64,000 nucleotides of DNA from Spirochaetia bacterium (GTDB taxonomy: Bacteria > Spirochaetota > Spirochaetia > DSM-2461): the NCBI GenBank assembly GCA_963668315.1, contig OY764216.1:672001-736000 (forward strand), written 5' to 3'. Of this stretch, positions 9,784 through 19,110 are shown in pieces. A program made the position numbers and the translations under genes. A model generated the notes under the pieces. It ran no database searches. It worked only from the letters and a program-made list of their open reading frames with translations, and was not told the DNA's origin. Position 1 is the first letter of the stretch. Each line of letters starts with the position of its first letter.

Positions 9784-12561
9784 TTATAGCGGTCTTTCGC
9801 TTATTTTACCGCTATTCCGGTCAAAATAGATCTCAACGGAGCGCTTTTTCGATTTCACCGTCATGGTACGGCCGTGGCTGTAGAACGTGGTCCCCACGTT
9901 CAGATCGCCCGTAACTTTGATGGATGATTCAAAATGCTCTTCAAATTTTTCCCGCAGAAGGAACAGTTTGACATTCTTTTTTTCTATGGTCTTCAGAATA
10001 CGCACCTTCTTGTCCCGGGCGTTCATCATAAGATCCTGTTTATCCGCGCGGCCTCTCGCCTTTTCGATGATTTCATCGACCCGCAAAATCTGCTGCTGGA
10101 GCTTTTCGGTCTCCCTGACAAGCTGGGAGATACGGTCTTCCACCAGAAAGTCCTGACCGAATTGGATGATGGTCTCCACTCCCCGCTCATTGCCGATGGA
10201 ATCCACGGTCAGGCCGTTGCGGACCTTGATCTCACCGCCTACAATGCGCGTTCCCGAATCGTCCGACTCTATCTGCCCGTTGCATCTGACCTGACAGCGC
10301 ATGATAGCCTTGCCGAAATGAATGGACTCGGCAGCCATGAGGGCGGCTTCCTCGGCGTATTCAAAACTGAGGGAAAGTCCTCTTAGTACAGCTTTCTCGC
10401 CGCCCTTAATCCCCTTTCCGATGGTTATCCTGTTCCCGGCCGAGACCAGGGCGGCCTGAACGACTCCCCCGATGTGAACATCCTCTCCGGCATTGATTAT
10501 GGCTCTGCTGAGCACCGATCCTTTGATCTCAACCACACCGGGAAAGATTATTTTTCCCAGGGTCACCGATAGGTCTCCCTCGATAGCAACGGTATCCTGG
10601 ACAAAAAGCTTGTTCCCCGTGAAAATGAGACGGCCGCTCTTTTCGGCGACGAGTTTGATCACGTCCTGCTCGTCGGTCTCCACTTCCCGGATATTCTCGC
10701 CGATTTCGACGGCTTCCTCATCCGCTTCAGGCCTGAGTTCCTCTCCCGTTACCGTATAACCTTCGGTGTCTCCCGAAGTAATCAGATAACCGATGTCATC
10801 TCCCTTCTTAAGGGAAACGGCATTCCTGTTTTTATCGCGGTAGTCAATGTCCTGAACAAGCTTGAGCTCCCGGGTACTGTCCATGGGCAGCTTTCCTTCG
10901 GCCACGACAAGGTCGGTGACCACTTCGCCCAGCCCGGAAGCCTCGGCCGCCTCATCCACCTTCTCGTTTAGAAGCCCCCTCTTCACGCCGGCTTTCTCCA
11001 GGGCTTCCTCGATATGCCGTCGGTCCGCGGGAAATCCCGTCCCCCGGGGAAGGCCGACGGAAAGGAAGGCGGCCATTTTATTGGATGAGATGGTTATATT
11101 TATGGGGGCGTTCGTATGTTCCCTGATCCGGGCATACCAGGTTCTGTTTTCCCTGTCTTCTCCCACTTCAAGGAGACCGGAGATCATGGCGGAACCGGCG
11201 CCGTTGCGGAAATCGATATTTTCAAAAAGATGAAGGATCGGGTCATTGCCCGGAAGTCCGGGAATAGGGTTGCCGAAGACGTCCTTTCCTTCCTTTCCCC
11301 TGACGTCGGCGCTGAGAGAGAAAATCTTCTGATCCTTCTCCACCACGGCTAGACTGCTGATATTCTCCATGGGAAAGACCTTAATCGATTCATAGAAGGA
11401 AACCAGGGACTCATCCAGCTCCACCTTATCCAAAAGGAGTTCGCGGTAGGAATCATCGAGAAACTTCACGGAAAAATTGACGTCCCTGTCTTTGCCCCGT
11501 TCCGGTTTTTCCGATTCACAGAGAAGAAGGGAGGTTTCCCGTTCGGCGGAATGATAAAATTTAAGAATCTCCTTTTTGGTCTTCTCCGTCTCAATACCCT
11601 TCAGGCCGGAGCTATTCAAAGCGGCACTGACATCCTTCAGAGAAAGGGATTTTCCCTTGCCCATTCCTTTTTTTAAGACAAGCCTTGCCGTCGTCCTGGA
11701 TGAATCCACTTCTATTTTTATTAAGCCGTCTTTCTCTTTCAGCAAGTTCAGTTCCGCCGGCTTCCGGGAATCAATGGTTGTATGAATAAAGGAATCGATC
11801 TCTTTCTCTTCCAGAAGATTATCCCGGGGAAATCCCTTTTCCACCGCTTCCTCACATATCTGGCCGCCCCGGGGCGGCTCAAAAGACCGCATTCCCGGCT
11901 CAAAGCGCAATATGGCCCCGCTGCCGTCCTTAGCCGGGATAATCTCCCAGCGGTGTTCCTGAAAGGGAATCAGATCAATCCAGTTCGATCCCAGCCTTAT
12001 GACTCCGCTCTTCTCGGCAAAAAGTTCTCCGTCGGGAGACTTTCCAATCCCTTTGCCGATTAAGAATTCCCCCTGTCCACTGGAGGAAGGAGCGATCTCA
12101 TTCCCGAAGACATCGATTCCAGGCCCGGGCGTCTCGGAAAATCCGTCCTTCAGCGAGCCCAGAGGCTCCCCTTCTTTGACGTAGGTGATTCCTTTCAGAG
12201 CGGAATCGACTTCTTTATCGAACTTAGGCGCCCCGGCCCTGCGTATGACCTCATTGATAATCCGGCGGAGCTGCTCGTCAAGCTCCCTTTCGGGCAGAGA
12301 GAAATTCACATTCCCATAGGAGACCGGCCTTCCCTGAGCCACGGGAACGGAGCGTGTTTTCTCATCTTGATCGCCGAACAGGGACAGACTCTCTTTTATT
12401 CTGTTCCTGTTGACGCCGTAAACGATACCCTTTCTTTCAAGAAGATGGATTACTTTCTGAAAATCCCACACTTCCCCGGGAGATTTCGGCGTATAGATCA
12501 GACGGACCTGAGTTTTCTCCGGATTGACGGAAATTTCAATTAAACCTTTTACCGTACCCAT
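9784..12561 (-). CDS. FapA/DUF342 family protein with multiple N-terminal modules
   Basis: Repeated modules (IEISVNPEKTQVRL, IKIEVDSSRTTARL, INITISSNKMAAFL; GIDVFGNEI, GKDVFGNPI, GYTVTGEEL), then a beta-helix (GKIIFPGVVEIKGSV) and a coiled coil. Confidence 0.8.
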   Translation of the reverse strand: MGTVKGLIEISVNPEKTQVRLIYTPKSPGEVWDFQKVIHLLERKGIVYGVNRNRIKESLSLFGDQDEKTRSVPVAQGRPVSYGNVNFSLPERELDEQLRRIINEVIRRAGAPKFDKEVDSALKGITYVKEGEPLGSLKDGFSETPGPGIDVFGNEIAPSSSGQGEFLIGKGIGKSPDGELFAEKSGVIRLGSNWIDLIPFQEHRWEIIPAKDGSGAILRFEPGMRSFEPPRGGQICEEAVEKGFPRDNLLEEKEIDSFIHTTIDSRKPAELNLLKEKDGLIKIEVDSSRTTARLVLKKGMGKGKSLSLKDVSAALNSSGLKGIETEKTKKEILKFYHSAERETSLLLCESEKPERGKDRDVNFSVKFLDDSYRELLLDKVELDESLVSFYESIKVFPMENISSLAVVEKDQKIFSLSADVRGKEGKDVFGNPIPGLPGNDPILHLFENIDFRNGAGSAMISGLLEVGEDRENRTWYARIREHTNAPINITISSNKMAAFLSVGLPRGTGFPADRRHIEEALEKAGVKRGLLNEKVDEAAEASGLGEVVTDLVVAEGKLPMDSTRELKLVQDIDYRDKNRNAVSLKKGDDIGYLITSGDTEGYTVTGEELRPEADEEAVEIGENIREVETDEQDVIKLVAEKSGRLIFTGNKLFVQDTVAIEGDLSVTLGKIIFPGVVEIKGSVLSRAIINAGEDVHIGGVVQAALVSAGNRITIGKGIKGGEKAVLRGLSLSFEYAEEAALMAAESIHFGKAIMRCQVRCNGQIESDDSGTRIVGGEIKVRNGLTVDSIGNERGVETIIQFGQDFLVEDRISQLVRETEKLQQQILRVDEIIEKARGRADKQDLMMNARDKKVRILKTIEKKNVKLFLLREKFEEHFESSIKVTGDLNVGTTFYSHGRTMTVKSKKRSVEIYFDRNSGKISERPL

Positions 12562-12567
12562 AGAAAC

Positions 12568-13713
12568 CTATTTATCTATGTACCCGGCTTTAATCGCCTT
12601 GGTGAGTTTATGCTTGAACAGGCGGTTCTCTTTTTTTAATTGGGTTAACTCATACTGCTGCATCTTAATTGTTTCTATCAGATCGCCCTGGGTCAGGGCT
12701 CCGCAGTGCAGGAGTTCTTCCAGCGATGTCTGCTTGTTCTCAAAATCCTGTTCAGCCTCATAGTTGGCTTCCAGAAAACTGGTGTCCCCGTCCCCCAGAG
12801 CCAGGGGCTCAACGGGAATGTCTTCCATCTCCATAATCTTATCGGCTATGCGGTACACCGCCTGGGAGAGAATGGACTGGGGCTTGTAAACGATGATGGG
12901 AAGCTGGGAGTTCAAGGCAAGATTCTGCAGATCGTCCCTGTAGATTATGCCCAGATGCTCCATTTCAAGCCCCAGATACTGCCGGCAAGAGAGCTTGAGC
13001 TTATTCGCCCGGTTGGTGTCCTTGGGATCTTCCAGCATATTCATTATAAGACGGGGGCGCATATGGGAGGTTTTCTCCATATACTCATTATAGACGTCTT
13101 CATCCAGTTTCTTAATATTGTCCAGAAGTTTCCCCACATGGATTTTCTGGAGGGAGACACCGTCTTTCCTCAGATTCTCCATATAGGTGAAAACCGGCGA
13201 ATCCCTCTTGAAACAGCTGTTAAGAACCCGGAAAACCGCATTTTTCAGAAATAGATAGGCATTCAGAGTCGATGTGAGCGTGGGGGTTGTCACCACGATG
13301 CCGCAGCTGGCCAGAAGGTAGAAATCCATGGTATTGAAGCTGGTTCCCGCCCCCAGGTCGAGGATGAGGAAATCGCACTCCAGCTTGGACAGATTGCGGA
13401 TAAGCCTGTTTTTCTCACCCGAGCGTATATTGGCCACACCGGGCAGCTCCGATTCTCCGGGGATAAACCTGAGGTTATCGAATGAGGTGGGGTAGATGAT
13501 CTCTTCCAGGGTAAGTTTGGAATTCTGCAAATAACTGCCTATGCCCGCGGCGACGGCCATCTGCCCCAGAATCAGGTGCAGATTCGATCCTCCCAGATCC
13601 AGGTCGGCCAGAACGACATCTTTTCCGGCTTGAGCAAGGGCAATGGCGAGATTGGCGGAAATGAGAGACTTTCCCACTCCCCCCTTACCACTGGCGACAG
13701 CTATCAATTGCAT
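12568..13713 (-). CDS. MinD/FlhG(YlxH)-like P-loop ATPase with C-terminal extension
   Basis: Deviant Walker A ASGKGGVGKS, DLDLGGSNLH, LILDLGAGT. Confidence 0.9.
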   Translation of the reverse strand: MQLIAVASGKGGVGKSLISANLAIALAQAGKDVVLADLDLGGSNLHLILGQMAVAAGIGSYLQNSKLTLEEIIYPTSFDNLRFIPGESELPGVANIRSGEKNRLIRNLSKLECDFLILDLGAGTSFNTMDFYLLASCGIVVTTPTLTSTLNAYLFLKNAVFRVLNSCFKRDSPVFTYMENLRKDGVSLQKIHVGKLLDNIKKLDEDVYNEYMEKTSHMRPRLIMNMLEDPKDTNRANKLKLSCRQYLGLEMEHLGIIYRDDLQNLALNSQLPIIVYKPQSILSQAVYRIADKIMEMEDIPVEPLALGDGDTSFLEANYEAEQDFENKQTSLEELLHCGALTQGDLIETIKMQQYELTQLKKENRLFKHKLTKAIKAGYIDK

Positions 13714-13764
13714 GAGTACCTCCGGGAAAAGGACTTACCGATGGAACGGAATTCCTGTTTTTTC

Positions 13765-13793
13765 AGTTTAAGCGCTTAATAGGGGTAAGTCAA
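13765..13793 (-). promoter_or_regulatory. sigma70-type promoter for the MinD-like/FapA/lgt operon
   Basis: Minus strand: TTGACT-17 nt-TAAACT. Confidence 0.6.
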
Positions 13794-13813
13794 CACATGG
13801 AGCGAATTGAACC

Positions 13814-13842
13814 TTGATTAAAGGGGCTGTTCCGCCTAGAAT
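13814..13842 (+). promoter_or_regulatory. sigma70-type promoter, leaderless ctpA
   Basis: TTGATT-17 nt-TAGAAT-6 nt-ATG(13849); no SD. Confidence 0.6.
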
Positions 13843-13848
13843 ATTGAC

Positions 13849-15255
13849 ATGGAGCGAAAAGTGGAACGACGAATTTGGGCCCTTGCAACGATAACCCTCT
13901 CTTTACTATTGACGCTGACCGTTTTCTCTCCCCGCCTCTTTGCCGAAGCGGGGGATTCCGATCAGAACGGGAAAAGCACGGAACAATACATGCGGGAGCT
14001 GCAGTATACTTTTTATCTGCTTCTTCAGAACTATGTGGACGAAACGGATCCGGAAGTTCTGTTCGAAGGCGCGATGAAAGGTATGATGGACAGCCTGGAA
14101 GATCCCTACACGGTTTTTGTCCAGGATCTGTTCCTTCAGGATCTGAGCGATACGACCAGCGGACAGTTCGGCGGCGTGGGACTTTACATCACCACGGAAG
14201 TGTACGACGAGGAGAATCCCCGGGGGCGGCTTCCCTATGTCCGTGTCGTTTCCCCCATCGAGGGTACACCCGCCTATAAAGCGGGCATCCATGCGGGAGA
14301 TTACATCTTCGACATAGACGGTGTCTCCGCCGAAGGCTATACCTCCGACGAGGCTTCGGACAAACTGCGCGGCAAGGCGGGAACCACGGTAAATGTCACC
14401 TTCCTTCAGGAGGGGGGTATTAAATATAATGTGGATATCAAGAGAGCCGTCATCGAAATTCCCACTATTAAATACGATACTATCGGCGATATCGGCTACG
14501 TCAGAATCATTGAATTCACCCCCTATACGGCGGACCGGTTCGAAGAAGCGATAAAGAGCTTCCTCAAGGATGACTGCACATCGCTCATCGTGGATGTGAG
14601 GAGCAATCCGGGCGGGCTGCTCGAATCGGTGGTGGACGTGGCCGATTACTTCTTCAAGGACGGGGTCATCGTTTCCACCAAATCCCGCGTGGAATCGGAA
14701 AATGAAGTGTTTGAGGCCAAGCGGGGCGTTCTGGTACCGGAGGAGTGGCCCGTCGCCGTACTGATAGACCAGGGCTCCGCCTCGGCTGCGGAAATTCTGA
14801 CCGGGGCACTTAAGGACAGGGACAGGGCCACCGTCATTGGGGAAACCTCCTTCGGAAAGGGCTCCGTTCAGCAGTTCCTCCGCCTGGGGGATAACGCCAT
14901 TAAGATGACCACGGCCCGTTACTATACCCCTTCGGGCGTGAATATCGATAAGACCGGAATCGATCCGGATATTACCGTAGCCGCCCATGAGCTTACCGAT
15001 GATGAGTTCGAATCCTACAAAAAAATCGTAGAAGAGGACCGCATCGGCAATTTCGTCCGCGAAGAGGGGACACCGTCCTCCCGTAAGATCACTCAGTTCA
15101 TAAGGAATCTGGCCGACGAAGGCATCGTCATGGATGACTACTACCTGCGGGTCATGATTCAGAACGAAATCAACCGCCGGCTGGATAATCCCCCCGTCTA
15201 CAATCTGGAATACGACGACGCGCTGAAGAAAGCCGTGGAAGAGGTGGAGAGATAG
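13849..15255 (+). CDS. ctpA: S41 family carboxyl-terminal processing protease
   Basis: PDZ region (FGGVGLYI, PAYKAGI), DVRSNPGGLL, catalytic SASAAEI, FGKGSVQ, TTARYYTPSG. Confidence 0.95.
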   Translation: MERKVERRIWALATITLSLLLTLTVFSPRLFAEAGDSDQNGKSTEQYMRELQYTFYLLLQNYVDETDPEVLFEGAMKGMMDSLEDPYTVFVQDLFLQDLSDTTSGQFGGVGLYITTEVYDEENPRGRLPYVRVVSPIEGTPAYKAGIHAGDYIFDIDGVSAEGYTSDEASDKLRGKAGTTVNVTFLQEGGIKYNVDIKRAVIEIPTIKYDTIGDIGYVRIIEFTPYTADRFEEAIKSFLKDDCTSLIVDVRSNPGGLLESVVDVADYFFKDGVIVSTKSRVESENEVFEAKRGVLVPEEWPVAVLIDQGSASAAEILTGALKDRDRATVIGETSFGKGSVQQFLRLGDNAIKMTTARYYTPSGVNIDKTGIDPDITVAAHELTDDEFESYKKIVEEDRIGNFVREEGTPSSRKITQFIRNLADEGIVMDDYYLRVMIQNEINRRLDNPPVYNLEYDDALKKAVEEVER

Positions 15256-15660
15256 ATGGGCTTCCATACGATAAATGTCAAAACGACCAGAAGGACGGAA
15301 TTTATCGACATAAGCTATTCCGTGGCCGAAGCGGTGAAAAAGGACGGACTGGTAAACGGCATGGTTCTGGTCTACTGTCCCCATACGACGGCGGGTCTGA
15401 CGATCAACGAGAATGCCGACCCCGACGTTCAGAGGGATATGCTGGCGGAGCTGAACAAAATCGTCCCCTTCGATGACGGCTACGCCCACGGGGAGGGAAA
15501 TTCCGCCGCCCATATAAAGGCGACCATGACCGGACTGAGCGTGACCATACCCGTTCGGGACGGACACATGACTCTGGGAACCTGGCAGGGGATCTACTTC
15601 TGTGAATACGACGGCTCCCGCTCGCGGCGCGTCCATATTCAGACCATCAAGGAATCCTGA
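15256..15660 (+). CDS. yjbQ: YjbQ/UPF0047 secondary thiamine-phosphate synthase family protein
   Basis: PHTTAGLTINENADPDV, HGEGNSAAHIK, LGTWQGIYFCEYDG. Confidence 0.93.
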   Translation: MGFHTINVKTTRRTEFIDISYSVAEAVKKDGLVNGMVLVYCPHTTAGLTINENADPDVQRDMLAELNKIVPFDDGYAHGEGNSAAHIKATMTGLSVTIPVRDGHMTLGTWQGIYFCEYDGSRSRRVHIQTIKES

Positions 15661-15665
15661 CAGGC

Positions 15666-16418
15666 ATGAAGCAGTTCCTACTCTCAGAAATTCCTTCCGC
15701 AGATGAGAATACCCTGAAACTGTCAGGCAAGGATTTTCATTATCTCTGCCACGTCCGACGCCTTTCTCCGGGAGACAAACTGAACGCCCGGGACAGGAAT
15801 GGCACAGCCTACCGTCTGATGCTTTCCGAAACGGGTTCGGATTCCGCCCTTTTTTCCATTGAGGAGCGGCTCTCCTCGGCCCCCCGGGAACAGTGGGACA
15901 TCACTCTCTTTCAGGCGCTGCCCAAGGGCAAGAAGATGGACCAGATCGTCCGCCAGGCCACCGAAGCGGGCGTCAAAACGATAGTCCCCTTCGAAAGCGA
16001 CCACTCCCTTGTTAAGCTGAGCACAGACAAGGACCGCAAGGCCAAGCAGGAGAGATGGGACCGCATCGTCAAGGAAGCGCTGCAGCAGAGCGGCTCGACA
16101 GTAGAGACCGCCGTGGAAGAGCCGACCTCCTTTTCCCGGCTGGAAAGCTTTCCCGGGGAAGGCATCGGGGGATTTTTCTGCCACCAGGAAGCCCTGGGGG
16201 ACGGATTGATTTATCCGGTTCTTTCCTCTGCCGGAGAAGGCCTCCGTGAAATAGGAATCGTCATAGGTCCGGAGGGCGGTTTATCCCCGGCAGAAGTGGA
16301 CAACCTTAAAAAATGGGGTTATGATTCGCTTTGGTTCGGCGATAATGTACTTAGAGCCGAAACGGCCGCCTTGTACGCCATCGCGGCGGTTAAAACGATT
16401 TTAAGGGAGTTGTCTTAG
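15666..16418 (+). CDS. rsmE: 16S rRNA m3U1498 methyltransferase
   Basis: KMDQIVRQATEAGV, EALQQS, IGPEGGLS, VLRAETAA. Confidence 0.95.
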   Translation: MKQFLLSEIPSADENTLKLSGKDFHYLCHVRRLSPGDKLNARDRNGTAYRLMLSETGSDSALFSIEERLSSAPREQWDITLFQALPKGKKMDQIVRQATEAGVKTIVPFESDHSLVKLSTDKDRKAKQERWDRIVKEALQQSGSTVETAVEEPTSFSRLESFPGEGIGGFFCHQEALGDGLIYPVLSSAGEGLREIGIVIGPEGGLSPAEVDNLKKWGYDSLWFGDNVLRAETAALYAIAAVKTILRELS

Positions 16419-17164
16419 TGGAATCCAGTCTTGTGAACCGAATCAATATACTAGACGTACCGGTGGACATAGTCAAAGAGGAAGACCTTGAGAAGGTCAT
16501 AACAACCCTTTCAGAAAACGGCGGAATCAACCAGATCATTCTATTGGATTTTGTCGGATTCATGAAAGCCCGCCGCAGGAAAAGCGAGTGGCACCGGGCC
16601 CTTAAGGAAGCCGCTCTGATACTTCCCGTATCCCACCGCATTATCAATGCATCCCGGTTCCTGAAAAAAGAGAAACTTGTTCACTACAAAGGATTTGATT
16701 TTATTATCTCCCTGATGGGCATTCTGGAGAGCCGGAGAAAATCGGCCTATCTGGTGGGAACGACCAAAAAGCGGATTCAGAAATCCTTCACCAATCTGAA
16801 GAACTCCTTCCCCGATCTCCGATTCGTCGGAAGGCATCAGGGGAAATGGGACAGAGACAGGGAAGGGGACATCCTTATGGCAATCAAGAAAGCCTCCCCC
16901 ACCCTTCTCCTTGCGGGAAGAGGAATTAAAGGGAAGGATCTCTGGCTTCACCGTCACAAGGACGACTTTAACCCGGGCATTATCCTTTGGAACAAAAACT
17001 GTTACGAAATCATCGGGGGCCGAAAGGGCAAACCTTCGGAAACGGCAGCGTCCCGGTTCTTCCGCAATACGGCCAAATGCCTTTTCCTTCCCTGGCGCTG
17101 GGTAAGAATCTTCCGTCAGATCTGGTACTGGCTGCTGCTACTCTGGACAAGACTGTTCAGGTAG
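16418..17164 (+). CDS. WecB/TagA/CpsF family glycosyltransferase (divergent)
   Basis: INILDVPVD, FPDLRFVGRHQG, IKKASPTLLLAG; GTG start overlaps the rsmE stop. Confidence 0.75.
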   Translation: MESSLVNRINILDVPVDIVKEEDLEKVITTLSENGGINQIILLDFVGFMKARRRKSEWHRALKEAALILPVSHRIINASRFLKKEKLVHYKGFDFIISLMGILESRRKSAYLVGTTKKRIQKSFTNLKNSFPDLRFVGRHQGKWDRDREGDILMAIKKASPTLLLAGRGIKGKDLWLHRHKDDFNPGIILWNKNCYEIIGGRKGKPSETAASRFFRNTAKCLFLPWRWVRIFRQIWYWLLLLWTRLFR

Positions 17165-17190
17165 CCCGACAGTCCGTCCCCTGTCTCTGA

Positions 17191-18459
17191 TTATTTATTT
17201 CTTATCAGAGACAAATCGCCCGTCTTAGCCGCTGCAAGAATGGGCCCCATAAAGGGGTCTACATCCTCCGCTTCCAGGGGAATGGGCATATTCTGCAGCT
17301 TCATCTTGAGCTGGGGGTCCTTCGCGGCAGCCAAAGCCCTCTCAATATACTTATCGCTGAACCCATCTACTTCGCCCAGAGTCAGGGGAAACCCGATTTT
17401 GCGGGAAAGACCGAACATGGCCCTGGCCGCTTCCAGGCCCAGCTCACGGCCGGAAAGACCGTCAAAATCAGCCTCGGAATAGCCGCACTCCCTGTAGAGA
17501 GAACCGATTTTCCTCAGGGAATCCTCCACTGCCGGAGCAAAGAATACGGTATAATAGGGATTCATCAAAGCACAGGCCCGGCCATGGCTCAGGAGGTCCA
17601 CAAGGGAGAAGCTGGTCAGGTGCCCCCCGTTCGTTCCTCCCACCATGATGGAGTAGCCACCAAGGTCCGTTGCCAGTCCGAGAGCTTCCCGGGCCCCGTA
17701 ATCCTCTCCGTTTTCCAATGCCTTGGGAAGATACTCGATAACCAGGCCGATGCAGGCCAGGGCGATCTCGAGACAGAGGTCATAATTATCCTTTCCGCTG
17801 GCACCGTAGAGAACTTCCAGGGAGTGGGACACCCCGTCCAGGGCGCCGTCCATGGTCAGGGAGGAAGGGGCTCCGCAGGTAACGGAATAGTCAAAAAAAG
17901 CGGCCTGGGGAACAATGGCCCCATCCACCACCAGTTTCTTCTGTCCCGTGGATACATCGGTGATGTTGGAGTATTTCGTCAGATGGGCCGCGCTGGAAGC
18001 CGCCGCCTGAATGGCGATATGGGGAGTGAGGGTTTTACCCGAAGCCGCCAGGGCCTCGGTAACTTTTCCCGTGCCGAAGTAATCCTCGATGGATCCGCCC
18101 AGCGTCCTCAGAACCTCGGCGGCTTTCACCAGATCGATGTTGCTGCCGCCGCCGAAGGTGATAAGCAGGTCCGGGTTTGCCTCGGTGATCGCTCTGGTGA
18201 TGCGGTCCAGATCCTCCCGCGGAGCGTTAGGCCTCCCTCCGGGGATTCTGGCCAGAAGCTTTACGCCGCCCTCTTCCAGGGCCGCCTCGATTTTGGCGAT
18301 CCATTCATCCGATCCGGAGAATCCGGAGTGGATCAGAACGGCCCGGCTGCCCAGTTTCGCGGCCGTTTCAGAGAGGCTGTCCAGGGCGTTTTTGCCATAT
18401 TTATATGAGTCACCCTTGAACTGCTTCAGCAGCGCGGCGGCTTTTTCTTTATTGGTCAT
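17191..18459 (-). CDS. Iron-containing alcohol dehydrogenase family protein
   Basis: FGGGSNIDLVK, ALDGVSHSLE, GGHLTS, LSHGRAC (metal-binding Asp/His positions). Confidence 0.88.
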   Translation of the reverse strand: MTNKEKAAALLKQFKGDSYKYGKNALDSLSETAAKLGSRAVLIHSGFSGSDEWIAKIEAALEEGGVKLLARIPGGRPNAPREDLDRITRAITEANPDLLITFGGGSNIDLVKAAEVLRTLGGSIEDYFGTGKVTEALAASGKTLTPHIAIQAAASSAAHLTKYSNITDVSTGQKKLVVDGAIVPQAAFFDYSVTCGAPSSLTMDGALDGVSHSLEVLYGASGKDNYDLCLEIALACIGLVIEYLPKALENGEDYGAREALGLATDLGGYSIMVGGTNGGHLTSFSLVDLLSHGRACALMNPYYTVFFAPAVEDSLRKIGSLYRECGYSEADFDGLSGRELGLEAARAMFGLSRKIGFPLTLGEVDGFSDKYIERALAAAKDPQLKMKLQNMPIPLEAEDVDPFMGPILAAAKTGDLSLIRNK

Positions 18460-18480
18460 CTATTCCATCCTTTAGGTCTG

Positions 18481-18500
18481 ATTGTCTTACAAAAGACAAT
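18481..18500. promoter_or_regulatory. Palindromic operator candidate upstream of the Fe-ADH gene
   Basis: ATTGTCTT-ACAA-AAGACAAT, perfect 8-bp arms, between the promoter and the SD. Confidence 0.5.
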
Positions 18501-18526
18501 TCCACCGTAAAATCAACGTTTCTTAA

Positions 18527-18555
18527 AGGATAGGCAGAATGGAGGGGAAAATCAA
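18527..18555 (-). promoter_or_regulatory. sigma70-type promoter of the Fe-ADH gene
   Basis: Minus strand: TTGATT-17 nt-TATCCT. Confidence 0.5.
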
Positions 18556-18585
18556 GCACAGCTTGTGTTTCAATCCCCGATATAC

Positions 18586-18623
18586 AAAAAAAGGGGGAGT
18601 CTCCCCGCAGGAAAACGCCCCCT
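18586..18623 (-). terminator. Intrinsic terminator right after the 12-codon mini-ORF
   Basis: Minus strand: AGGGGGCGTTTTCC-TGCG-GGGAGACTCCCCCT followed by TTTTTT. Confidence 0.7.
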
Positions 18624-18627
18624 CGTC

Positions 18628-18666
18628 CTAGAGGTTTTTCACCCCATAACTTTCAATATCAATCAC
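18628..18666 (-). CDS. Putative 12-aa peptide MIDIESYGVKNL
   Basis: SD AGGAGGTG (18671-78), GTG start, TAG stop, terminator 4 nt later, TATAAT at 18735-40 on the minus strand. Confidence 0.4.
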   Translation of the reverse strand: MIDIESYGVKNL

Positions 18667-18775
18667 AATACACCTCCTGTACTTGCCCGGGCCGGACCAA
18701 TTCCCGCCCTCGCTTTATTTACCGGTATGATCCCATTATAGGCCCCATCCTCCCTCCCCGAAAGGGAAAAAACGC

Positions 18776-18948
18776 TTCCTTTTGTTTTTTCACCGGGCAG
18801 TCCCCCCTGCCGGGGGGCCCCGCTTTCCGCTAAACTCCTCGTCCCGGGGACCTCCGGCCCTTCCCCTCCTTCACGGGCTCACTCCGTTCCGCCCTTCCCT
18901 CGGGCCGTTCCTGCGGGGTACCGCTTCAATCGGTACTGCAAAAAGGAA
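18776..18948. repeat. GC-rich multi-hairpin REP/MITE-like element
   Basis: Terminal IR TTCCTTTT/AAAAGGAA; internal stems C6/G6, CGGCCC/GGGCCG, GGGC/GCCC, GTACCG/CGGTAC; single copy in this window. Confidence 0.4.
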
Positions 18949-18980
18949 AGGGAATTTTCAAATTTAACAGATCTTTACCC

Positions 18981-19009
18981 TTTACAAATAATAAACACGG
19001 AACTAAACT
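18981..19009 (+). promoter_or_regulatory. sigma70-type promoter for the leader ORF and CD3324-family gene
   Basis: TTTACA-17 nt-TAAACT. Confidence 0.6.
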
Positions 19010-19041
19010 GTTCAGACATTACATCTCACCGGAGGTTTCAA

Positions 19042-19110
19042 ATGATTAAATACGATTATGTCGCATCAGCAGCACGGGTGCAGGAAATCTGCCGGACCGC
19101 AGGGGAGTAA
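19042..19110 (+). CDS. Putative 22-aa leader peptide MIKYDYVASAARVQEICRTAGE
   Basis: SD GGAGGT (19031-36) 5 nt before ATG; TAA at 19108-10; below the ORF-track size cutoff. Confidence 0.55.
   Translation: MIKYDYVASAARVQEICRTAGE

Noticed and set aside
13906..15636. 576-aa minus-strand ORF
   Set aside because: Antisense shadow of ctpA and yjbQ, which abut in the same frame; no motifs and no SD.
18523..18630. Stop-codon read-through (Pyl-type) of the 12-codon ORF
   Set aside because: The read-through frame crosses a canonical terminator and gives a featureless peptide; no recoding machinery is visible.
18782..18967. 61-aa Pro-rich ORF
   Set aside because: Translation of the palindromic element; TTG start with no SD.
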